A program made the position numbers and the translations under genes. Positions 8,576 through 15,442 of a stretch of 23,728 nt of DNA are shown here, piece by piece (position 1 is the first letter of the stretch; each line of letters opens with the position of its first letter). The notes under the pieces are model-generated. The model was given only the letters and a program-made list of their open reading frames with translations, was not told the DNA's origin and searched no databases. Source of the DNA: Nitrosopumilales archaeon (GTDB taxonomy: Archaea; Thermoproteota; Nitrososphaeria; Nitrososphaerales; Nitrososphaeraceae); assembly GCA_044507735.1 (NCBI GenBank), contig JBIQJB010000029.1, positions 1 to 23,728 of the forward strand, read 5' to 3'.

Positions 8576-9679
8576 TTACAACTTTTCTGCTGAACGCAAG
8601 TTAGAATCAACCAATATGTTCTGCTGGAGTGATTTGAGAATCTCTGTTATCCTTTTACAATTCTGTTCAAAATCCGGCCTAAAATAATGTCTTGCAAACA
8701 CAGTTCTTGGAAGCCGTCCTTGGAGTAAATCAATAACCTCTTGTTCTATGCCATTAATCCTAAGGTATGTGCCAAATATCTTTCTGCAATATCCCATCTG
8801 CATATCGAGGCCGCGACGCTTGAGGTAGTTCCTGAGCGCATTGTATCCACAGTTATTGGCATCTTTGGCAAGCTGAATAATCTGATTGCTTGCGATAGAG
8901 ATGAAGGCCTTTTTGCTGTTCCTGATGAATATGGCAGGATACTTGTAATGTTCCAGTACCATGGTATCTCTCCTGAGATAGTTGTCAAAGTCGGTTTGGA
9001 TTAGGGAAATACTCTGACATACCTCATTTGGACGCAATCCTACCAAAGTCGCATAAAGTAGAATGTTGGCGTAATCGTCAGGTATCTTACTGCAGACGCT
9101 CCTTAGCCATACCATCATAGAAGAAAAGTCCTTTTCCGAGTTGATTAGAGAGTTGAAAATCTCCAAGCTATCCTGGGTAGTCCATTTGAGCTGGTAACGT
9201 TCCTTTATCTCTCGCCACTGGTCATAGCAACCAAGATACTTTGAAAGCGCTACAAGGGCTTCCATGGCATGATGTCTCTTAAAGCCAGAGATTGTAAGAA
9301 GCTCGCTGGCATTCCCTGTTTGGAGAATGTGGCCGTAGCGCTTGGCGCATAGCAATACTTGCTTGGAATTCCTGCGGCCCTGTGCGGAGAGGTAATGCTT
9401 GAAACCCTCAATCTTGTTCTCCACTAATAGCGAACTGTTCTCCACTAATGGAGAAGTGGGAGCTGGCTGAGCAGTACCCTGCAGTCCGGTCCAGTATGGG
9501 GGAATGGCACGACTTTCACGATTTTGTTGTAATTCTCTGGCAGCGTAAGCTCTATTGTTGGGAAAAGTAAGAGCGCCCGGGCCGGGACTATCGGTCGGTG
9601 TCGAACCGACTTTCGAACCCGGGTCGGAGGAGTGACAGTCCCCCATACTGGACCGGACTGTACGATTCTGGCTGTTCAC
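8576..9679 (-). CDS. SSV1-type tyrosine integrase, C-terminal fragment (intC) whose frame runs through tRNA-Asp
   Basis: Catalytic motifs GLRPNE, IRNSKKAF, GYCRKIF, DLLQGR, VFARHY; the 5' part of the ORF overlaps the tRNA gene, the hallmark of integrase gene partition by SSV-type integration. The GTG at 9679 lies in the tRNA intron and is probably not the real start. Confidence 0.88.
   Translation of the reverse strand: MNSQNRTVRSSMGDCHSSDPGSKVGSTPTDSPGPGALTFPNNRAYAARELQQNRESRAIPPYWTGLQGTAQPAPTSPLVENSSLLVENKIEGFKHYLSAQGRRNSKQVLLCAKRYGHILQTGNASELLTISGFKRHHAMEALVALSKYLGCYDQWREIKERYQLKWTTQDSLEIFNSLINSEKDFSSMMVWLRSVCSKIPDDYANILLYATLVGLRPNEVCQSISLIQTDFDNYLRRDTMVLEHYKYPAIFIRNSKKAFISIASNQIIQLAKDANNCGYNALRNYLKRRGLDMQMGYCRKIFGTYLRINGIEQEVIDLLQGRLPRTVFARHYFRPDFEQNCKRITEILKSLQQNILVDSNLRSAEKL
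9415..9455. repeat. 14-bp direct repeat TGTTCTCCACTAAT (9415-9428, 9436-9449; 21-bp period), second copy within hairpin TTCTCCA-CTAA-TGGAGAA
   Basis: Read directly; encodes LVEN twice in the integrase frame. Confidence 0.8.
9482..9510 (+). repeat. Inverted copy of tRNA-Asp segment 9632-9660 (22 bp perfect, 27/29 overall)
   Basis: Plus 9482-9503 CAGTCCGGTCCAGTATGGGGGA equals minus-strand 9660-9639; continues ATGGCAC vs CTGTCAC. Confidence 0.92.
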
Positions 9680-9714
9680 TCACAAGCAACCAGGTATCTC
9701 TATACTACCCGGGC
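9574..9714 (-). tRNA. tRNA-Asp: tRNA-Asp(GTC) with two non-canonical introns (D-loop 15/16: 9658-9699; T-loop 59/60: 9588-9611)
   Basis: Spliced sequence GCCCGGGTAGTATAG|TCCGGTCCAGTATGGGGGACTGTCACTCCTCCGACCCGGGTTCGAA|TCCCGGCCCGGGCG folds into a full cloverleaf (acceptor GCCCGGG/CCCGGGC, anticodon GTC at 9636-9634, T-loop TTCGAAT); both junctions fit relaxed bulge-helix-bulge motifs; no encoded CCA. Confidence 0.92.
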
Positions 9715-9728
9715 GCACGTGATCCGAC

Positions 9729-9748
9729 TTTTATAAAACTAATTAAAA
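9729..9748 (-). promoter_or_regulatory. AT-rich TATA-like elements upstream of tRNA-Asp
   Basis: TTTTAATT about 27-34 nt upstream of tRNA +1, and TTTTATAAAA closer in. Confidence 0.45.
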
Positions 9749-10010
9749 CGTTTTGGTTCAAAAGCGGAGATTCCAGACAAGCATGGTGGGACGAACAGCA
9801 GGACAAACAACAACAGCAACAACACCGCGCATGCCGTCAATAAGCTCTGCCTACCTGCCGCCACATCATCTTCATTTCTTTTTTCTGCACGCAAATAACA
9901 GAGCTATATGTGCTCTTCTGGCTGGAATTGCAAAGTTATACCCATAGTTCAGATTTTCAATAAAAATAATTGGTAAGGTAATAGCAACAGTTGCAAATCA
10001 TCCAAATGCG

Positions 10011-10016
10011 TATATA
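10011..10016 (+). promoter_or_regulatory. TATA box of the MinD-like gene
   Basis: TATATA 28-33 nt upstream of ATG 10044 (short-leader/leaderless geometry). Confidence 0.55.
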
Positions 10017-10043
10017 CATACACGGCGGCTTAGCAGTGCGGGA

Positions 10044-10925
10044 ATGCCACAATGCATCGCCTTTCACTCTTACAAGGGAGGAACCGGCAAGACAACTATC
10101 GCAAGCAACCTTGCCGTCCTTCTTGCCGCAAAAGGCTCCAGTGTGGCACTAATCGACGTAGATGTTTATGCCCCAAGCCTTCAGGCCTATTTTGAACATA
10201 CACCCAGCAAATGGCTCAACGACTTCTTGTCCGATAACGCCACTCTTCAGGAGGTAATGATTGAAATGACTTCTGTTGTTAGCAACAGCTTAGAAATATC
10301 CAGCCTACTGGACAGCATCAAGGGAAAGCTATGGGTAGCATATTCAAATCCTCAGAAGGAAGCCATATACAGTCTTGAGGCCGGCAAGACCACCAACACT
10401 CCTCCAATACAGCTTTTGCGACGTTTTATCAAGCTCCGGGAAGATCTGATTACAGAATACGACTGCGACTATATCATCATGGATACGAGCCCGGGCATAA
10501 GGTACTGGTCGATCAACTCGCTTGCAATTGCAGACATATTGCTACTCACTCTAAAATTTGGCGACCTTGACATTGAGGGAACCCAGAAAATGGCAAATGA
10601 AATATACAAATCGTTTACCCAGTTTGGCGCCAAGTCCTACCTGCTATTGAACAAAGTGGCGGGCTACTGCATCCCCATCTCCGCCGCCACTGGTACCGCG
10701 TCCCCAGAGTCCGGAGAAAATCATCTGGAAAACACACTTGTTCAGGATGTATCTGACTACGACAGCCTGTCCAGACAGGTCAACATGGACCTGATTTCGG
10801 CCATTCCATGTTACTGCGACATACAGTTCAAGAGAAAAGAATTCCTCACAGTTCTGAAATATCCTACGCATCCATTTACGACTCAATTGAACCATCTTGC
10901 ATCATCCAAGATGATCAGGGGTTGA
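10044..10925 (+). CDS. MinD/ParA-family ATPase
   Basis: Deviant Walker A SYKGGTGKTT, LIDVD, IIMDTSPG, LLNKV; no obvious C-terminal amphipathic membrane-targeting helix. Confidence 0.9.
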   Translation: MPQCIAFHSYKGGTGKTTIASNLAVLLAAKGSSVALIDVDVYAPSLQAYFEHTPSKWLNDFLSDNATLQEVMIEMTSVVSNSLEISSLLDSIKGKLWVAYSNPQKEAIYSLEAGKTTNTPPIQLLRRFIKLREDLITEYDCDYIIMDTSPGIRYWSINSLAIADILLLTLKFGDLDIEGTQKMANEIYKSFTQFGAKSYLLLNKVAGYCIPISAATGTASPESGENHLENTLVQDVSDYDSLSRQVNMDLISAIPCYCDIQFKRKEFLTVLKYPTHPFTTQLNHLASSKMIRG

Positions 10926-10931
10926 CGTGAC

Positions 10932-12368
10932 ATGACAACAACAGTAGCAAATGACGAAAAGCTTTCATCCTTTCCGGAGTTATCCTGTTTTGTCCAGGAC
11001 ATCCCCTCCAGCCTGAAGGGCACGATCCTTGTCTATGGACCACCGGGCATCGGCAAGACTACATACTGCAGAGAATTCATCGAAGACGGCCTCCGGAGGG
11101 GAGAGCCCTGCATCTTTGTCAGCGGAGGATTGGGCAGAGATGAGTTGCAGGCTCTCTTTCCGGATGTAGACGGCGATCTCTTGGAGCTTGTCGACATGCA
11201 TACGATATTCAGTGCGGCAGATGCTCCAGGCCAGCTTATCAGCATACTAGAGGAGAGCATCGCTTCTCTGAAAAAGAGGAGGCGGACGCTGCCGGCGGCG
11301 GCTCGCCTTGTCATCGACTCATTGACCCATCTTCTCATACTGGTCGAAGAAAGGGAGCTCTTACGGCTTGTGATGAACCTGACTCTGCTAGTAAAAGATA
11401 TCGAGGCAAGGGCTGTCCTTACACTTTCCACATTTGATGAAAACTTTCTCGCCAAGCTGGGCCCCCTGGTGGATGGGGCAATAGAGCTCAAAGTGGAGGA
11501 ATCCGCCGGCGCAGTCATCAGGCGTGCGCGCATGCCATTTTTCAAGGGCATCCATCACAGTAGGGACTGGATCAACTTTGAAATAACAAAGGACGGAAGG
11601 CTGGCATTTTCCAAAGCATCTGCAAGCCCACCTACCTGCGTCCTGTGCGGTAAGGAAATAGCAGGAATGCCCCTGATCGAATCTAATTTCATTTTTGACA
11701 GGCAGGTCTGCATAGACACATACATGAAACTGAGAAGCGCCTATGGCTCCAGGATATCAGATGCCGGCCTGCCAGCAGAGGTTCTTGACGCTCACTTCTT
11801 TTTTGTCGATATCGTTGGCCTCTCTGACCCATCGCTCTCTGTCAAGAAGCAGGTTCAGAAGATCAACATTCTCAATTCCATGATTGGCTCGTGTCATTCG
11901 TTTAAAAAGACAGCTGCTGAAAAGAAAATAATCCTGCCGTCAGGAGATGGTATGGCGATAGGCTTTCTCCTGGACCCAGAGCTCCCTCTTGCACTCAGCA
12001 TCGAGCTACACAAGAAAATACGGGCCTTTAACAGCACAAGACCGCTGGAGGACAGGATAGAGGTACGCATAGGGCTGGGCTCGGGACCCATCTTTACTGT
12101 CAGCGACATAAACGGCATGCAGAACGTCTGGGGGCCTGGAATAATACTGGCCAGGAGAGTGATGGACGCCGGCGACAGCTATCACATATTGCTGGAGGGA
12201 AACATTGCAGAGAAACTGATTGCTCTAAAGGACGAATACCGAGAGACAATCAGGCAGATTTCATGCGACTTTGAGATCAAGCACGGCCAGAAAATTAGGT
12301 TATACTCGGCCTGTTCGCACGAATTTGGCAACCCCGAAATTCCGGCAAGAGCATCCAATGCAAATTGA
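10932..12368 (+). CDS. KaiC/RAD55-like ATPase fused to a TRASH-like Cys domain and a class III nucleotidyl cyclase domain
   Basis: GPPGIGKT, RLVIDS, LVDGAIEL (KaiC-like); CVLCG...FDRQVC (TRASH-like); FFVDIVGLS, PSGDGMAIGF, VRIGLGSGP, NVWGPGIILARRVMD (class III cyclase fold). Confidence 0.85.
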   Translation: MTTTVANDEKLSSFPELSCFVQDIPSSLKGTILVYGPPGIGKTTYCREFIEDGLRRGEPCIFVSGGLGRDELQALFPDVDGDLLELVDMHTIFSAADAPGQLISILEESIASLKKRRRTLPAAARLVIDSLTHLLILVEERELLRLVMNLTLLVKDIEARAVLTLSTFDENFLAKLGPLVDGAIELKVEESAGAVIRRARMPFFKGIHHSRDWINFEITKDGRLAFSKASASPPTCVLCGKEIAGMPLIESNFIFDRQVCIDTYMKLRSAYGSRISDAGLPAEVLDAHFFFVDIVGLSDPSLSVKKQVQKINILNSMIGSCHSFKKTAAEKKIILPSGDGMAIGFLLDPELPLALSIELHKKIRAFNSTRPLEDRIEVRIGLGSGPIFTVSDINGMQNVWGPGIILARRVMDAGDSYHILLEGNIAEKLIALKDEYRETIRQISCDFEIKHGQKIRLYSACSHEFGNPEIPARASNAN

Positions 12369-12381
12369 ATCGTATGGATGA

Positions 12382-12558
12382 TCAGTCAAGAAGCGAGGTA
12401 AAGTGCTTCCCATAAACATCATAGAATTTCTTAAACGTCCTGGCACATTCCTCGCTGTCAAAGGTGTAGGTGCCACCGTCGCCTATTGCGTGCAATAACA
12501 ATGTGTTGCGGGCGGGCCTGCCGCACATTGCGCATGTCTTGCTGTTGCTCTCTACCAT
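12382..12558 (-). CDS. Stand-alone TRASH-like metal-binding protein (58 aa)
   Basis: MVESNSKTCAMCG...TYTFDSEECARTFKKFYDVYG; ATG 12558 preferred over the 12690 extension, which overlaps the divergent gene. Confidence 0.75.
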   Translation of the reverse strand: MVESNSKTCAMCGRPARNTLLLHAIGDGGTYTFDSEECARTFKKFYDVYGKHFTSLLD

Positions 12559-12656
12559 CTGTATTGAAACAAGAATACACATATCCTTCAATGCACTTAA
12601 TGTTTTCCAGTACTGATTGTTATTAACTACAAGTGTGTACACATCACGATTTCGTG

Positions 12657-13604
12657 TTGTCAGAGTCAGAGTCAGAGTCACCGGCATCACCGTTCAGGGC
12701 TCACCCGTCTATGAAGATTGGTTACGTTAGCCTGAATGTTCCTGACCTCCAAAGATCCCTTGATTTTTACCGGTCTGTCTTGGGCTTCAAGACGACAGGG
12801 AGACCGTCTGGCGAGAAGGCATTGCTTTCTTGCTCTTCAGTTGGCAACAGCCACGGCCCGCGGCTCATAGAGTTGTTGCAGACAAGAAGCAACAACAATG
12901 GCGACAGATTCCCAAAGAGGGCAGGTCTTTACCACTTTGCTGTGTTGCTACCGCAGAGAAAGTTTCTGGCAGACATGCTTGAGAACTTGAATGAAAAGCG
13001 CGACATGGTCCACTTTGAGGGTATGGCAAATCATCTGGTTTCAGAATCCATCTACATACGGGACCCAGACCTAAACGGAATCGAGATCTATTGCGACAGG
13101 CCGCGCTCTGAATGGAGCTGGAGTGCAGCCGGCAACCGCATCCACATGTCCACAGAGAGGCTGGATGTACAAGACCTGCTGAAAGACAGGACAGGCACGG
13201 GGTGGAAGGAGATGCCCGGCAAAACGACCATAGGCCACATGCACCTTCATGTCAGCAACCTTGCCAAGGCTCAGAATTTTTACTCCGAAATCCTTGGGCT
13301 CGACTTGACATGCGTGTTCCCGGGGGCATTATTCTTTGCCGCAGACAGATATCACCACCACATAGCTACAAACACGTGGCTTGGAGAAGATCTCGTTTCC
13401 GCCTCGCCGGGAGACCCAGGGCTGAACCACTTCAGCATAGAATTGCCGGCCTCTGAACTTGAAAATATGACCAGGCATCTTGCCAGCCGCGGAGTGCCCG
13501 TAGAACAGGAGGAGGATAAAGAGGAGGAACCGAGGGTGTCGATAAAGGTGCGTGACCCTGATGGGATACAAGTCAGGATTTGCTTTAGAAATTCGTTGCA
13601 ATAG
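12657..13604 (+). CDS. VOC/glyoxalase superfamily, catechol-2,3-dioxygenase (CatE/YfiE)-like protein
   Basis: AGLYHFAVLLP, NHLVSESIYIRDPDLNGIEIYCDRP, IGHMHLHV, YHHHIATNTW; start uncertain (12654/12657 or ATG 12711). Confidence 0.88.
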   Translation: MSESESESPASPFRAHPSMKIGYVSLNVPDLQRSLDFYRSVLGFKTTGRPSGEKALLSCSSVGNSHGPRLIELLQTRSNNNGDRFPKRAGLYHFAVLLPQRKFLADMLENLNEKRDMVHFEGMANHLVSESIYIRDPDLNGIEIYCDRPRSEWSWSAAGNRIHMSTERLDVQDLLKDRTGTGWKEMPGKTTIGHMHLHVSNLAKAQNFYSEILGLDLTCVFPGALFFAADRYHHHIATNTWLGEDLVSASPGDPGLNHFSIELPASELENMTRHLASRGVPVEQEEDKEEEPRVSIKVRDPDGIQVRICFRNSLQ

Positions 13605-13636
13605 TTTTATTAGTTAGTCCATTATTACTACCTAGT

Positions 13637-14002
13637 ATGCCAGAAGAACCAATGAACGGCAAGGGCGCCACGTGTGCAGTAGCGGGCGTCTGGGAAGTGC
13701 TTGGAAGGAGATGGTCGCTTCACATCCTGAAGAATCTGAGCACCAAAGAAGTCATCAGGTTCAACGAGCTGAAGAGGTCGCTTGCGGGCATCAGCAGTAC
13801 CGTGCTGTCAGAACGCCTGCTTGAACTGGAGCGGGAGGGCCTTGTGACCAAAAAGATCTATCCGGAAGTTCCGCCGAGGGTAGAATACAGCATGACTCCT
13901 CAGGCAAAGGAGCTTGAAGTGATAATAAAAGAATTGGCCCGATGGGCCGACAAGTGGAAGAACCCATCAGGATTGAAGGTGGCTGCGCAGAAAAAAATCT
14001 AG
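13637..14002 (+). CDS. HxlR-family winged-helix transcriptional regulator with N-terminal Cys
   Basis: CAV...VLGRRWSLHIL, RFNELKRSL.GIS..VLSERL.ELE..GLV, YPEVPPRVEYSMT. Confidence 0.92.
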   Translation: MPEEPMNGKGATCAVAGVWEVLGRRWSLHILKNLSTKEVIRFNELKRSLAGISSTVLSERLLELEREGLVTKKIYPEVPPRVEYSMTPQAKELEVIIKELARWADKWKNPSGLKVAAQKKI

Positions 14003-14667
14003 CGCAACTTTTGGAACCGCTTCTCCTGCGCGGTGACCACTCCTATTTCTACGACTGACCGCTCGCCCAGCGCCTTTTCTATTGCCCTGGTGCTCAGGTC
14101 TACCGCTTGCTCCACACTCATATCCGCGCTGTAGTCGCGCTGCACCACGTCAAGTGCAAGGTCTGACGACTGGCCTATCGCAAAGCCAGAGCCGCGCATA
14201 AATGTGCCACTCGGGTCGACCTGGTACAGCTGCACGCCCGTCTGGTCTACGCCTGCAACAATGACTGAAGCTGCCTGCGGCCTGACAGCATAGATGGTGT
14301 AGTTGTGCAGGAACGATCCAAGGTGCTTTGCAAGCGACCCGACATCTATCGGGCTCTCGAAGTTGAGCCTGTGCTTCTGCGCCTCCATCCTCAGCTCCTC
14401 TATCAGCTGAAGTATGTCGCCGATGTATCCAGAGCCTGTCGCCCCGACGTGCCTGTCTATGGTAAAGATCTTTTCGGCAGGGTCTATCAGCGGTCTGACG
14501 GGCTTGATGTGGCTTGCCAGCAGAGCAAACGACGGCGTCTTCAAACCTATTGTCGTCGATCCTCTTCTGACCGCTTCCAGCGCGCTGTCTACCAGCACCA
14601 GACGGCCTTCGGGCCCGTAAAAGTACGGGTACCTTGCTCCGTAGCTTCCTGCTGTTGCCTCGGCCAT
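13999..14667 (-). CDS. psmA: 20S proteasome alpha subunit (divergent paralog)
   Basis: GPEGRL...EAVRRGSTTIG, EKIFTIDRHVG, VRP, LYQVDPSG, AIG; N-terminal YDR motif altered. Confidence 0.88.
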   Translation of the reverse strand: MAEATAGSYGARYPYFYGPEGRLVLVDSALEAVRRGSTTIGLKTPSFALLASHIKPVRPLIDPAEKIFTIDRHVGATGSGYIGDILQLIEELRMEAQKHRLNFESPIDVGSLAKHLGSFLHNYTIYAVRPQAASVIVAGVDQTGVQLYQVDPSGTFMRGSGFAIGQSSDLALDVVQRDYSADMSVEQAVDLSTRAIEKALGERSVVEIGVVTAQEKRFQKLR

Positions 14668-14668
14668 G

Positions 14669-15250
14669 CTACTGCCTTGCCACCTCCTGCACTACCAGAT
14701 TCGGGATGACCAGCACGTCGATGCCGTTGCCAGATCCCGGGTCGCGCTCCATCGCAGCCGAGACTGCCTTTGTTGCGACCTGCTTTGCTTCTTCGTTCGT
14801 TATCTCCTTGTGGTACATGCTTTCAAGCACACCGTATGCTATCGGCGACCCCGAGCCGGAGGAAGCAAAGTCCTCGCTGGTTATGGCACCGCTCATGTCT
14901 GCTGCATAGATGTGCCCGCCTTCTTGGTCGACGCCGGCCACCAGCAGTTCAACAAAGTACGGCTGGTAGTTCTTCATGCCCGAGTATGCCAGATTTGCGA
15001 TCAGCCTGGCAGATTCTCTGACAGTCAGAGGGAACCCTCTGCGGAGCTCTATCAGCTGGCGCTCCGCCTTGGCCACCTTGATCAGGTATTCTGCGTCTGA
15101 CAGCTGACCCGCTATCGCAACTGCGAGTGTGTCGTCTATCTTGGCTATCTTTTGTGTTATCTTTGACCCGATGAAAAAGCCCTTGCTGGCGCGCTTGTCA
15201 GAGCCCAGCACGACTCCTTCTCGTGTCTTTATGCCCACGATCGTTGTCAT
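14669..15250 (-). CDS. psmB: 20S proteasome beta subunit, apparently without propeptide
   Basis: MTTIVG; Thr1, Asp17 (SDKR), Lys33 (TQK), SGSGS, RDPGSG intact; ATG 15250 lies 26-32 nt below a TATA-like ATTTACA in a promoter shared with htrA. Confidence 0.92.
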   Translation of the reverse strand: MTTIVGIKTREGVVLGSDKRASKGFFIGSKITQKIAKIDDTLAVAIAGQLSDAEYLIKVAKAERQLIELRRGFPLTVRESARLIANLAYSGMKNYQPYFVELLVAGVDQEGGHIYAADMSGAITSEDFASSGSGSPIAYGVLESMYHKEITNEEAKQVATKAVSAAMERDPGSGNGIDVLVIPNLVVQEVARQ

Positions 15251-15259
15251 GTTGACATA

Positions 15260-15311
15260 GTATAGGAAGTCAGGGTGTAAATTGACCGGCAATGCCGGAA
15301 AACGGTCACAG
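15260..15311 (-). promoter_or_regulatory. Conserved promoter/operator copy 1 (TGACCG-N14-CGGTCA plus ATTTACA) upstream of psmB
   Basis: 26 bp identical to 17549-17574 (GGAAGTCAGGGTGTAAATTGACCGGC) plus shared CGGTCACAG. Confidence 0.85.
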
Positions 15312-15417
15312 ATAGCGGCATCTCTTTGGTATGGTCGTCGAAGTGCTTTCTCGCCCTTCACAGGTTGGTGCTAGAGAAACGAAAAAGCTCTCTGCCGTCA
15401 CTGACAGGCGAAGCTAG

Positions 15418-15424
15418 AAAAAAA
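15418..15424 (-). terminator. Oligo-T terminator candidate after the wHTH gene
   Basis: T7 on the minus strand about 20 nt after the 15443 stop. Confidence 0.4.
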
Positions 15425-15442
15425 CGATCGATAAGGCGTCAG

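Larger units (their letters stand above)
1..9657. mobile_element. Right arm of a tRNA-Asp-integrated mobile element/defence island (continues left beyond the window)
   Basis: SSV1-type integrase frame overlapping the 3' part of tRNA-Asp; defence cargo (DUF499/DUF1156, PD-(D/E)xK nucleases); visibly AT-richer than sequence right of ~9750. The second att copy is not in the window, so the exact boundary is inferred. Confidence 0.8.

Noticed and set aside
9482-9530. Second tRNA gene (GGC anticodon) on the plus strand
   Set aside because: Only the D-arm/anticodon-5' segment matches; no 3' anticodon strand, T-arm or acceptor stem.
9753-9947. Short plus-strand ORFs with a (CAA/CAG)n run (9598-9843, 9753-9947)
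   Set aside because: Low-complexity, antisense or adjacent to the tRNA and its promoter, no recognisable motif.
12559-12690. N-terminal extension of the TRASH protein
   Set aside because: Runs through the AT-rich divergent promoter and overlaps the dioxygenase gene; the TLTLTL stretch is the antisense of a (TCAGAG)n microsatellite.
13999-14002. Convergent genes sharing a CTAG double stop
   Set aside because: Common compact arrangement; no evidence of special function.
14305-15100. Several plus-strand ORFs over psmA/psmB
   Set aside because: Antisense shadows of well-supported genes.
15251-15361. 37-aa propeptide for psmB as given in the ORF track
   Set aside because: It overlaps the promoter element shared with htrA, and the residue pair before Thr1 is Asn-Met rather than the Gly required for autocatalytic processing.
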